Made by a program: the position numbers and the translations under genes. This document shows positions 49,901 to 61,811 of a stretch of DNA of 64,000 nt, in pieces (within the stretch, counting starts at the first letter, position 1; each line of letters starts with the position of its first letter). The notes beneath the pieces are model-generated. The model had not been told where the DNA came from, searched no databases, and saw only the letters and a list, made by a program, of their open reading frames with translations. The DNA comes from Heteronotia binoei (taxonomy: Eukaryota), in NCBI RefSeq assembly GCF_032191835.1, contig NC_083223.1:83948001-84012000 (forward strand), in the 5' to 3' direction.

Positions 49901-52166
49901 GCTTGCAAATACTTTGTGGGGAGTGTATTTCTGTGCCTCTATCGGAAGCAGCCAATATGGTATTCTAAAAGCTGAAGTCAGTATCTTTAATAAGCTAGGT
50001 GCCCTGGGAAAACCCCTTTCCAGATTTACCTCCTTTCCCTTAGTTGAACACTCCTTGCTCAAGGGATCCCCTGCCTACAAAATTTCAGAAAAAAGAGGAG
50101 TGTTACCATATAGAAAATGTATATTATTGGAGGCAAAGGCAGGTGTGAATTGACATGTGTACATTCCCCTTCTTTCCTAGGATCTTCAGAAAACAGAATG
50201 GGACAGCTTTCTTTTAAAAGACAAAATGGAGCCTCTGGTCTGGGAAAATAAGTACAGGATGGAGGATGATTCACTTCTCATTGCTTCTCTGTGTTATGTT
50301 TGTTTTTCTCCCTGCCCAGATGACCAGAGCCTGCCTGGTAGAAAATCTGTTTCAAACATCAATGAGGCAAGATGGGGATGAGTAACTTTACTTATCCTTG
50401 CCTCCAGCTTCCAGTAAAAAATGACAACCCAAACTCTTCTGCTTTACACATGAATACATGTAAGATGTTCCTGGTCACTTCAGTTTCTTCACACATAAAC
50501 TTTAGGAAGAGCTAATGTTCTGAATCAACAATTCTTTTTCTGACATAAAAAGATGATCTGATTTTTTAATATTGTAGAACTGGGCAGGGGAACTGTCTAT
50601 TTCTTGGATGAGGGACAAAGTCAGTCCGTGTTCCACCTAGCTTTTCCAGACTTGCCTTCCTCCAACCAGCAGTTGTGTGCGAAGCCTTTGCCTTTTAACC
50701 TCAAAGGGCAGGATATCTGAGTGCCTATCACAGTGGGGGGAAGTCTTTGTTTCTTGTCTTTGCCATCTGCAAAACAGGAGAGCTGCCAGTGGAGGGAAAG
50801 CTAAAACCTCCTCAATCTGTTCTCACTGCCTGTTTACTCCCCTAACTGTAGGGTAGGCAGACTGTCCCTCATTAGGGAGGGGCAAACATGGGACTGCTAT
50901 TTTCCCTTGGTTTCTGGAGCTTTCCCTGCTTGGCACCATATGCAAGCAAAACCTTGTTCCTGCCCAGTATGCGCAGCCCCAGAGAACAAATAAGTCATGC
51001 AAACACAACATCTGTGCTTTTCTAGACTCAGAAACCCCTCCCAAAACCAGTGAGACGAAGCCATGATTGATGGAAAGCGAAAATGCTGCGCAGAGAAATG
51101 CCAGTCAGAACAATCTTGTTTGAACTGACTGTTTCAGCTGGATGATATTGCAGTCATGCATCTGTCTGCCAAGTAACTCACTCAATTTCCTGCTCCTGCT
51201 GCCGCCTAGGAAAATAAAACCTGATAGCAAGAATAGTGGTCAGATCAGAAGATCTCTGACAACTTGCAAGTGTTAAATACTTCTGTTTTGTTTCGGAGCA
51301 CTTACTATTATTTATGAATGGATGTTCCTTGGGCTCATTCTCAGTTCATAAATTTTTTGACTGCACTGGTGGCATTCCTTTTATTTATGTCATAGATTTC
51401 TACCCTGCCTTTCCACTAATACATGAATGTCACTAATGCATAGATAAAAAGTCACAATAGTCACAGAAGATATTTAGCATTTGCTAATCTTCATCAAAAT
51501 CAAAGTTGCCTATCAATGGAAACCTAAAGAGCTACCTACAAAAAACCCCGCAAAACAAAAACAGTGCTAACAGAGGCTTGGAACAAATTTGAAATGATCA
51601 AAATGGCAAAAATGACAAGGACGAGAGAAACCAGTAATTTCTTTCAAGATACAGGGTGCTTTTTCCTACCTTGAATGTATAAGAGATATAATAAAACCAG
51701 CACATGTTTTCTTTCTGAACTTTCCTTTTCTCCTGTCTCCTTTTATTTTCTGTTTTCTTTTCATAAGTTATAATTTGTATACCTGCTACATCTTCTGTAA
51801 TGCTAATACAAAATGTTTAAAACGGCAACCACCCCCAAATTATACATAAGAATTTTTTTCTGTTTGAAAGAAGGCAGACTTCTCAAACAGTTATTGTTTT
51901 CTTTTTTTTATTCCCTCCCCCTTGGGTTTACATATGGCTGAATATTACTTGATGCTGAAAATTTCCCAAAGAAATGTCATGCTTCATTATCTCTTTTTAC
52001 AAGAGCGGCAAAACAAATTGCTGTAATGTCAGCCAGGGCGGTTTTTAAAAGTTCACATTATTAGTAAAGAAATATCTGCCATGATTTACTGAACTCTTCC
52101 AAAAATGCTTCCCGTAGTCACCTGCCATTCTACATCTTACTGAGAATACCCGAGAACATGAATATG
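40902..52166 (-). CDS. 3' part of an unidentified protein-coding gene with many small exons (predicted 154-aa C-terminus)
   Basis: Exons 52141-52166, 51182-51205, 50700-50766, 50030-50074, 46165-46183, 45438-45539, 43110-43144, 41303-41362 and 40902-40988 all have AG/GT boundaries. Phases chain 0-2-2-0-0-1-1-0-0-stop. AATAAA (minus strand) at 40641-40646. No homologue recognised. Confidence 0.5.
43639..44097. mobile_element. Non-autonomous DNA element (CAGGGCTTTTTT family)
   Basis: Ends resemble the MITE at 12195; contains gatgtcaggggtgtggcctaatatg. Confidence 0.55.
44894..45052. mobile_element. hAT MITE
   Basis: CAGG...CCTG ends; TSD AGTGTATG / AGTGTTTG (7 of 8 match). Confidence 0.75.
46793..46986. 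mobile_element. hAT MITE (CAGTGTTCCCTCTAAGCT TIR)
   Basis: 18-bp TIRs with one mismatch; perfect 8-bp TSD CTCTCCAC. Confidence 0.92.
47051..47316. mobile_element. hAT MITE
   Basis: TIR caggggtggccaaac; TSD CCCTAGTG / CCCTAGAG. Confidence 0.85.
49052..49335 (+). mobile_element. Sauria SINE copy
   Basis: Inverse of 1476-1778; ends in an atctttacctt tail. Confidence 0.85.
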
Positions 52167-52517
52167 CTGCAGAAAGCAAAAGGCGTCTCTGGAAATGGTG
52201 TCTCTGCCTTTGTGAAGGGCGAGCTAACTGTATGTGTGTACATGTGCTTGCATGCCTGGGAGTCATGGTAATTTCTGGCAACTCCTAGTGGGGCAAGAAT
52301 ATTTTCAGACAGATAGCTTGTTATTGCCTGCCCTTGAGTCCTAGCCCTGGTGTTCCTTGGAGGTCTCCCTGCTTAGCTTCCAAGATCTGACAAGATCATG
52401 CTTGTCTGGGCTATCCAGGTCAGGACTGCTAGCTAGCTTTAAGACCCAGTAATATAGGTTAGAGTTCAGGACCAGAATCTGGGAGACCTGTGTTCAAGTC
52501 CCCACCCTGCAGTAAGG

Positions 52518-52660
52518 ACATAAGAAGAGCACTGCTGGATCAGACCAGTGGTCCATCTAGTCCACCATCCTCTTTCATATAGTAGTCAATCAACTGCCCT
52601 AGAGGGCCCTCAATCTGAGGCATATAGTGTAAGGTCTCTCCCTGATTTTGACTTTTAGCA
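52518..52660 (-). mobile_element. CR1 3' fragment inserted into an older SINE
   Basis: acataagaagagcactgctggatcagaccagtggtccatctagtcc, flanked by SINE head-like (52450-52512) and tail-like sequence. Confidence 0.7.
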
Positions 52661-53054
52661 CTGCTTTGGTGTTACCAGATAGCACCAGGTAATCTGCTTC
52701 ACAGGGCTGATGGGAGGTTAAAACAGGGAAGGGAGATTCATATACTTACTCTGAGCTCCTTTGAGCAAGGTGGGATTAAAAAGCACTAGATAGAATGTAG
52801 GAAAATTAAATAATATTGATCAATGGACTAGCTGGTGGGACTGAGAAGGGTAAACTAATTCTCAATCAGCTATAGATTTGGACCCCTTCTCACACGTCCC
52901 TTATGCAGAGCCCATTTTCTACATACATTGGATATCACATTTGTATAATGGCTTATGAGTGTGTAGAGGAGCCCCTGAATAATTAATTAATACCTCCAAT
53001 AATAATAATTGTTATATTTAATAAGAACATGCTTTGCCTCCAAACTAAGGTGTC

Positions 53055-53408
53055 TGTTGCAATACTGCTGTTAGAAATTGACCACCGCCCGTTGGCTGTG
53101 AGCGCCAGCTGAAAGGTTAGATAAGGGAGCGGCCTCCTACAGGCGACTTGCTGTAGATAGATAGAGTGAAGGAATCATGTCATGGAAATTTACTGGGGAG
53201 AGTTCCGTGAAGGCGGGATCTTTGAAATCAGATAAGCTTATGCCAGCCTACTCGCTTACTTGCTTGCTAGAAAACTGTATGCACTCAGGGAAATGCATCT
53301 CACGTCATTTTGGGGGCCCATGCCCAACTGAGTTCTCCTTTTGGTACCAAAAGTAAACCTCGCTTCAAACCAGAAAGTCTGTGCGGACCTTGTTATTTCT
53401 CTGCTTCA
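53055..53408 (+). mobile_element. Possible solo LTR
   Basis: TG...CA ends, ~350 bp, locally CpG-richer, AGTAAA at 53352 followed by a U5-like tail. TSD imperfect. Confidence 0.4.
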
Positions 53409-53592
53409 AGTGTAGGGTTCAAAGTGCATGCATCTCACCCAGTTTATTGAAATGTGAATTTAGGTAGATTTTTTCTGAAAGCTGCCTTGGAAGTTGGAAA
53501 TCTTTCAAAATAAATAATTGTGTAATGCATACACTTAGTTTTATGATGGTAGGAGTTTGCATCTATGTTAATCTCTTTGCCAGCACCTTCCT

Positions 53593-53942
53593 CAGTAGGT
53601 AGTGGGCTCTCTTTTTTTTGGAGGTTTTTAAACAGGCTGGATGATCATCTGACAGCAATGCTGATTCTGTGAGCTCATAAGAAAGAGATGAGGAGGGGAG
53701 GAAGGATTGCACCAGTGCTTAGTTCTTATGGTCTTTCTTACTTACGCAGGGAAATACCAATTGCCACTTTTAAGTCAGGAAGCAATTTTCTCCACGTCAG
53801 TTTGGCCAGGGACCCTGAATAAGTTTGTTTGTTTTTTTGCCATCTTCTGGGCATGGAGCAGGGGTTACTGGGGGCATGTATTTGTGAATTTCCTGCATTG
53901 TGTAGGGAGTTGGACTAGATGATCCTGGAGGTCTCTTCAAAC
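53593..53942 (+). mobile_element. CR1 LINE 3' end
   Basis: Ends gggagttggactagatgatcctggaggtctcttcaaac. Confidence 0.8.
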
Positions 53943-54555
53943 ATCATCATCATCCCACCTTTCTCACTGAGGCTCAAGGCGGATCACACAATACATAGCA
54001 ATGTAATCAGACATCATAAAATATCCAATAAACAATGTCATAGGACTAGGGTTACAAAAGTTAGCAAAAAAAGATGCAAAATGGAAAAGCTATCAGATGT
54101 TATATCATAAACAATGTTGAAACCACAAAACCACAAAGGTAGAAGACAAAGTAGAAGCACAAAAGTAGAAGACAATGTTGGAGCAGTAGGATAATATCCT
54201 GCAATAACCATTTGATTACAGTCTTTTCCCTTTTCTAAAAAGGAACCTCCTAAACAATTCAATTTTATTACATCCTTATATAAAAATGCCCCCTTGAACA
54301 ATTCTGTGAAATGATAGGAGTCTGGGTCTGGGAGCCTTTCTGACATCCTCAGGCAGACCATTCCAGAAGGTGTGGGATCCACTAAGTAGAATGCATATTG
54401 TATGGGTAGCTATCAGTCTTACCAATGTGCAGGGTGGCACCTTCAGAAGGTTTTACTCAGATGTGAAAAGTTGTTGGGGAGGCATAGAAGAAGAAATAGT
54501 CCTGAAGATCTGTTGGTCCAAGGCCACAAAGGTTTTTGTAGGTGATAACTAGTAC
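53943..54555 (-). mobile_element. L2 LINE 3' remnant
   Basis: ggctcaaggcggatcaca tail and ggcagaccattccagaaggtgtgggatccac body. Confidence 0.7.
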
Positions 54556-57500
54556 TCACATCAAATACATGAATTCCAGAAGGTCACTGCCAGGGTCAGT
54601 TAGATCATAATTTCTCACATGTTAAAAATGAATATCTGCAAGGGGTGATTATTCTGTTCTTACACAGCTGGAAAAAGGGAAATGTTGGTAAACCAGTGTG
54701 TCAATTTCTATGTGTGTTGGTAATTATGCACACACACATTTTTCACTACAGCAGCATAAGATGCATTAATGCCACAAAATAATTGCCCTGATCCTTCTGA
54801 ACCTTTTCAGCCAATCAGATAACAGATTTTAATCATGTAGTACATTTGGATTCTGGAACTGTGTTACCTTTTAAAAACAACAACAGTGATTTTTAAAAAT
54901 GGCATAACAAAATAAGAGTGAAGAAAAGCATACATTTCAAATGCATAGTGGAAGTCATTTTGACACACATCAGCTGTGTTCCACAGTGTTGGCATTCAAA
55001 TCAGAAAATGTGTTCATTTCCACCACATTTAGAATGTCTGCTTCCACTCAATAATCAAAAGATAATAGGAAGCAGCATATTGTGAGAAAGTGTGTTTTTT
55101 GTGTGTGTGTGCATGTGCGTATGAGAGAGTTGGAATGAATAATTTCTTTTTTTACCACATAGATGCTCTTGAAAATGCTTATGAAATTGCCGCCTATTTA
55201 ATACAATGGTGTGGCCTTAGTAGGAGGAAAGCTCTGAAAATTGCCAGTGGAGCACTTGTCAGGGAATCAAGGGAATATTATTACAATAAGCCCATTGATC
55301 ATGCATGTATCTGCTGCTGTGAGACTATGACCTCAAGAATGTCTGTTTACATTGACAAAGGATGCAGGTAACAAATCATAATAGTGCATCATGGGAATAA
55401 TTTTAGATGGAGATTTACTTTCTAAAAGCATGCCCTAAGCTAGAAGATAAGTCTCCCAAAGCCTGTATTTACCACACGGAACACATGTTTAACTCTGGGT
55501 GATGAGATTTCACTTGCTGTTAAAGCTAATACTATGGCTTCAAGGCTCTGAAAGGATGGACAATATTAGTTTGTTGGATTGCTTTATTTTACTTACAGAA
55601 CAACAAACATTTCCTTCTTCAACAGGAAACTAAAGGCAGCTAGTAGCACATACACAGAGAAATCATTTAAAACATTTAATTTTCACTAGTAAGGGGTAAT
55701 TCTTTGGATCTGGTTACTGAATGTGGCCATATAGGCTTTTTTGTATTTTAAATTGATTTATACCATATTGTATTGTAAATTGTATTACAGATTCTACTCT
55801 GCATCACAGCAGTTCCTGTGGCCCAAAGGAGCCAGAATATTGAAAAATCTCAACTGTCTGGCATTTCATGAGATAGCTAGTGTACCTTGTTAACATCCTC
55901 CTATAAACAGAAGCCCAATGTTTTTAAATCAATGAGGTATGCAAAGCTACAGCATGGCATGGATAGGCAGTGGTTTAAAAGTCCGATATAGGATCTAATT
56001 AAGAGCAAAACATCACATTTATCATAAAGGAAGAAGATGGGTTGGCTTCAAATGGACTCTTTCACTAGCTGAATGAGGTGCCTTGTGGTCAGTGCTCCTT
56101 TTTTAATGGTACTCTGCACATCCTTCAGCGTGAAAACATAACCAGTCAGAATCTGAAATTACTCTTTACCAAGTGTGATTATAAGAGAGAAAGTGCATAA
56201 ACTTTCCAAAATGTAGGGGGAAACCATTTTCTGAACAGTTTTGTGGTGAGGAATTAGGCTAAGGAAAGATATAGAAGAATCATCACAAGAACTGTCTGAG
56301 TAGAATGAGGAAATCCTTGCACCTGGCCTGGAGACCAGCCAGCAGGGAAGGAGATAAGGATGACCGAGGAACACCGAAGTGGAGGAAACCAGGCCACAAC
56401 ATTATTGATTACAGATTTATCAGGTCTTGCTGCAACATGAATAGGAAACAACAGGTGCTGCTGCCAGCCCAACTGCTAGTAGTGAACCTCAACCCAGAGC
56501 AAACTAATTCATGCAGTACCCAATCACTCACTCTCAACTTTAATTCCAACAGCTCACAAAGTAGAATTTTTGCTCACAAGACTCTACAGCTAAGAGGGAG
56601 TATTGCTGTGTGCCCTTTGTTTCATGATGATAAAAATGGGGTAACTCATATACACCTTAGTACCCTGTCATCCCAACATAATGGCTAATCATACAACTAC
56701 CACAACCTATTTTGTTGATGTTGAAATGTTTTAACATGTCTTCTGAATTATTGTGACATTTAGCTCTGTCCAGTTTGTTCTGAGTGGGTGTAGTACTACT
56801 GAAGACTCCCAATAGACAATACTAGTTGGAAGTGTGCCCACATAATAGGTTTATGGGGAGTTGAAATCTGGTGCCTGTCTCATGCATCTCAATATGTGGG
56901 AAAGATGGAGTCATAAAGGAGGAGATTCTCCTTAAGATACACTTAAATATCTAACACCAAAAAGACAGAATATTTCTTCTGGAAAAATAAAACATTTTTT
57001 TGGATGAGGGGAACCCCCCCCCTCCATTTCTTGTTTTTTACATTAAAAATGGAATGGCATTCAAATTCAGCCCTGATGATTCATAAGGTGAAAGGAGAGC
57101 TTCACCATGGAAGCTAAGGAAAGAAACAGAAAGCAAAGAAAAGGTAACAAGGGACTGCACCAGCTGAAGAAGTTCAGGAATCGGAATGGCTGATTCCAGC
57201 TTTAGAGAGTTGCCCTGAGCATACATTAAACCAGGTTCAGCTGCTCCATGTACCATCAAATATTTCATATTAATAATTAACAAGTCGGTGGCTGTCAGAG
57301 CAAGATGCAAATGGATGGAAGGGGAGTTTTGGTCACCTTCCTTAGCACTGAGAAACTTAATGAGGGGCGAGTTTTCCAGCATGGCTGAGAAATGATGATG
57401 TACTAGATGGAAGGATTAAGGGATATGCATCTTGAAAGCAACCATTTGGTCGCTCTTTTCTTTTTAAATAAAGCTACTGAAAATACAAATAAAGGGTCCT

Positions 57501-58831
57501 CTCCACATTCTGTTCTGAGTGCACTTTATCAGATTCATCAGTAAAAAATGTGTTTGCATGCAAAGGAAGCTCCATAGCAAGTCCCTGCTTCTTCTCTAGA
57601 AAAAAAAATATAATGGATGTTATGGAAAAAATACAACACATCTGCTTCTGAACATCTCATCTTTCCCAGTGCTCCAAGACTGGAATCTCTATCCTACATA
57701 CTGATACTACTGATTAATTTTATACTCATTTTATTTTTTTTAAATTATGCCTCCTTTCCATCCATTCAGATTTCCCAAGATAGATTTCCCTTATGGATCT
57801 CTCCTGCTGGAATGGGCTAATTGTATTAAGGAAAGAAAGTTCATGGGATTGACTCCCCCTTTCTTTTGGTTCAGTGGGTGACACTGGTTTTATCTGGTTC
57901 TACAACAGTGACTTCAGCATATTATGGAGGGGACAGGCAGACCAGATGCAGAGACTCCATTTGCATTCATTTGGTGTAGCTGAAAATGTACAATAGGGGA
58001 GACAGTGAGAAGTCCTTTATGTGTATTTATAGTAGGAATAGGAATCCAATCCATGGCGGAAAGAAGCCAAATAGCCTTCTGTGCAGAGGAGCCCAGAGAT
58101 GATGTTATACCGTACTGTCTCCTTAGCCATTTGCCCTCTCAGGGGGAATAAAGCAGAAAAACCGTGCAGCATTTTGTATACACCTGCAAAATATGCCTGA
58201 GCAGACAAACAGAGAGAGTAAGTTGGGAAGTGTAGAATCATCTACAAAAAGTGCTAATTACATTTTAAAAAAAATCTTGGAGAATTATTCATTGATTGCA
58301 ATTAAACTGACTCTATTTTTGCAATCTTGGCATGATCTAAGAAAAGAAAGAGAGAGCTTGCTAGTAGAGCAGATTTTTTTTCCTAAGCTCACTCAGCCCT
58401 AATTAAAAACTTCTTTGTATAAAACCAATGAGTAATCAGGTGGCCAGTGAGTAGCTGAATCAAACATCTTTGGGTACTTCTAAAGACAATCCTTGGGAAA
58501 AGAGAATAAAACAAAAATATATGTGAGCAGAGCAAACAGACTTGTAAGGTCTTCTTTCAGGGAAAGTCCCTCCCGCCTCCATTTTGGCTGCTTTGTTCAT
58601 CTTGGACATACACCAGACCAAAACAGCAAGCCAGTGAGGTAATTGCCAGACAGAGGCAGGTGATGAGGCCACCAGGGAAAAGAAGCCAACAAAGCGGAAG
58701 AAGCAATTATTTATTTGGTGCCTTTGTAATTTGTCGTTCTTCCATGATGGGACCCAAGATGGTATACATTGAGTTCCTCATCTGGAACCTGACCAGATCC
58801 ATACCTGCTTAGATTCAGCAAGGTTGCCATA

Positions 58832-59130
58832 TTATTTATTTATTTGGTTAATTAAAAAAATTTCTATCTTGCCTGATCTCACTGTACTCAAGGTGGCACA
58901 CAATGTAGCAACCCAGCTGCAACTTCCAAAGCTATACATTAACAAAACTAAAAGATTAAAATACAGATTAAAATTTACCAGTTTTAAAGCATTCAGACTT
59001 AACGCACACACACGAGTTAAAACACATAGAATCAAGAAACTCACTGCAGAATCAATTGGAAAAGTCCCCACTCCCCCAAATAGTCTCTGGAAGAGTATTA
59101 TGTGCCTGCCAGCAATACCAGGGACACTCC
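58832..59130 (-). mobile_element. L2-like 3' tail remnant
   Basis: (attt)n tail followed by ctcaaggtggcacacaa. Confidence 0.55.
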
Positions 59131-59138
59131 AATGATAC

Positions 59139-59426
59139 TAGGGAGACCAGGTCTCTCTGATGGGTGGCTGGGGGGAAATGGAAAGGGGCATCATTCAGTG
59201 TTGTGCTGGTGCAGTGATGTAATTTCTGGCATGACCTAGAAGTGATGTCATCACATCAGGTTATGTGCTAGCATTCACCCAAAACTCTATGACTGAACCT
59301 ACTTGCTTCTGGTTGAACCATCATGTTACCCCTACTTGATGACATCACTTCCAGTTCATACTAGAAGTGTCATCACTGCATCAGGTAAGTCTCCCATCAG
59401 TTGTCAGCCTCACACTAGCAACCCTA
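59139..59426. mobile_element. hAT MITE (TAGGG...CCCTA)
   Basis: TSD AATGATAC / AATGATAT; internal gtgatgtcatcac repeats. Confidence 0.8.
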
Positions 59427-59494
59427 AATGATATTATGGCATGGGTCAAGGCACAGCCATTTTCTAATTGGTATTGGAAGATCTGATCTTTTAC

Positions 59495-59581
59495 ATCATT
59501 TAACGTTCTGCCTGGATCTTGCTGATTTTCCTTTTGCCATTGGATACAGTCTTGTTCATCAACTTCATGCATAACTAAATC
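59495..59581 (-). CDS. Candidate upstream coding exon, DLVMHEVDEQDCIQWQKENQQDPGRTLND
   Basis: tctttggtgcag acceptor, open phase-0 frame, protein-like composition. The donor (GAT|gtaaaa) is weak, so the 3' boundary is uncertain. Confidence 0.35.
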
Positions 59582-59610
59582 CTGCACCAAAGACTACAAC
59601 CAGTGCATAT

Positions 59611-59810
59611 GGGAGAAGATGCTTATGGCTCAATGATAGAGAACATAGATGGAGAAGATCCCAGGTTCAGTCTCCTGTTAAAAGATCTTAATTAGCAGTT
59701 ATTGGAAAAGACCTTTCTGCCTGAGACATTGGAGAGTGCTGCTAGTCATAGTAGATGGAACAAGGCTGGGTGAACCAATGGTGTGGTATGATGTAGGGAA
59801 GTTTCATATG
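59611..59810 (+). mobile_element. Old tRNA-derived SINE (Squam2-like)
   Basis: tRNA-like head ggctcaatgatagag...cccaggttcagtctcc; body gaaaagacctttctgcctgagacattggagag. Confidence 0.6.
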
Positions 59811-60214
59811 AATATTTATAACAATACAGAAGATTAGTTAACTGGTTAGATGTGTCCAAATGTTTTTTGCATGTATATACTAACTAAAAGCTCAATGCTT
59901 TTGGGGCTTTCCCTGGTTGCTCAAATCCCCGCCAGTTCAGCTCGCACCCTGCTCACCAACTGCAGTTCTGATGTATTCAAGTGAATTCAATTACACCGTT
60001 TTCTTTGCATGGCTTTCTCAAAACATCCACCTCCCTGCTACCCAATTGTCACTGCCACTTTCAATTTTAAAAGAAATGTGTTTTTTTTTAAATGAAATTG
60101 TTGAGGTGCATTTATATACCCATGAACCCAGCCATTTCCTTGCAATCACCTCTTGAACAGATGCCACTAATTGCACAGGGCCAAAAGGAGGCAATACAAT
60201 CTGTTCATTTAAAG

Positions 60215-60351
60215 CAGGGGTGGCCAACAGTAGCTCTCCAGATGTTTTTTTGCCTACAACTCCCATCAGCCCCAGCCAGCATGGCTGATGGCTGGGGCTG
60301 ATGGGAGTTGTAGGCAAAAAACATCTGGAGAGCTACCGTTGGCCACCCCTG
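60215..60351. mobile_element. Young palindromic hAT MITE, 137 bp
   Basis: Near-perfect fold-back; perfect 8-bp TSD ATTTAAAG. Confidence 0.95.
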
Positions 60352-60708
60352 ATTTAAAGGATACATATGAGTGTAGGCTCAAAGAAGGGATGATCAGGAA
60401 ATTTAATGTTCTGACAAAGATCCAGGGAAATATGTGCCTTTTCTCCCATAACAGAAGTTTAGTTCTTAAACTATGCAAAAGCAGTCATAAGCTATAGTGA
60501 CCTGGCCTTATCTACATTCCAGAATTCAGTTGTGCATAACACTAGATAGTAGACTTCAGCCTCAGAAATTAAAAACAAAACAGTTCTATCAATCCACATC
60601 TGCAAATCATTATAACTATCATTAATGGATGCTATTTCCTAACCCAGTGGAACATTCTGATCCTGCTATCATGGAAATCCAAAGGCAAAACTTGCATCAG
60701 ATAAATAG

Positions 60709-60859
60709 GGCTGAGATCACACACACTAAATAATGCACTTTCAGTCCACTTTTAATGCACTTTCTAGCTGGGTTTTGTCAGTTCAAACAGTAAAATCCAG
60801 TTGGAAAGTGCATTGAAAGTGGATTGAAAGTGCGTTATTTAGTGCGTGTGACTGCAGCC
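60709..60859. mobile_element. Palindromic MITE
   Basis: ggctgagatcacacacactaaataatgcac...gtgcgttatttagtgcgtgtgactgcagcc fold-back. Confidence 0.75.
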
Positions 60860-61781
60860 TTGTAATAGTCAACTTAAAGAACAATAGTAAGAGAACAATA
60901 ATTTACAAACCATCGAACCTTGCAAAATGTTTCCAGTTATTTCTCAAGGGGTTTCAACAGTTCAGAATTCTTTAGTTTCTCTCTCTAGTGGCCAATCATA
61001 TCTCAACAATAAATGTACCATTTGTTATTAACCATAGCTACCTCACTGATTCCAGAGAACAAGGGCCCAGTTGTACGAAATAGATGTGTGCCACCATGTC
61101 AAGCTGGAAGGATTCATGAGTGTACTTTTCACTTCAATCCAACTTTCGTAGAGCCCTACTTAGTGCAGTGAGTATAAGATGCATTGTACAGTTTATAACG
61201 TATATGTGAAGGTTAGGTTTATTTGCCGAGATGCACAATAGATAAGATGATGCATCTGCCAATGTATGTATAATGCAGTCTTTTGTGTAATACAGAAACT
61301 GAACTTTGTGTGGCCACATGCTGATGTATGTGGATTCAGTGACCTAGAACACCTAATCCATTTTATATATTTGAAAGCATCATTCTCATCCATTGTGATC
61401 TAAATAACAAAAAAAGAGAGTATTTCTGCAGCTAAGAGCTTCAAAACTAAAAAATACAAAATAAAAATGAATGATACAACTGATACCAAGCATGATATAT
61501 GCACTCTATCAGAGCTCTATCAGAGCTGAGTGAACACTTTGCATCAGATTTCTGCAATGTTTTACAATTAAGAACTTCTCTTCTATATATGTATCCTATC
61601 ATGAAAGTTGCAGGGTGGCCAACAAGAGAGAGGGGCTTCTCAGTGCCACACTACACTACAGAATGTCATTCCAGAGGAGGTCCACCAGAGCTCTGCTTAT
61701 TATTGCTTCAGCAGGCACTGTGCGGCCCTTGTAAAGATGACTTTGGGGCTTAAATAGCTTGTTGGCTGGTGGCAGTCTTAC

Positions 61782-61811
61782 TGTTCCTACTGGTAAAAGG
61801 TTATCCATGAC
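61782..61811 (-). other. Exon with a very strong acceptor (30-nt internal exon, or start of a terminal exon)
   Basis: ~40-nt T-rich tract ending gttttgcag at 61812; donor ACA|gtaaga at 61781. Confidence 0.5.

Noticed and set aside
55163-55367. Dual-specificity phosphatase similarity (AAYLIQWCGLSRRKAL)
   Set aside because: No HCxxGxxR catalytic motif precedes it, and the similarity is too short to support.
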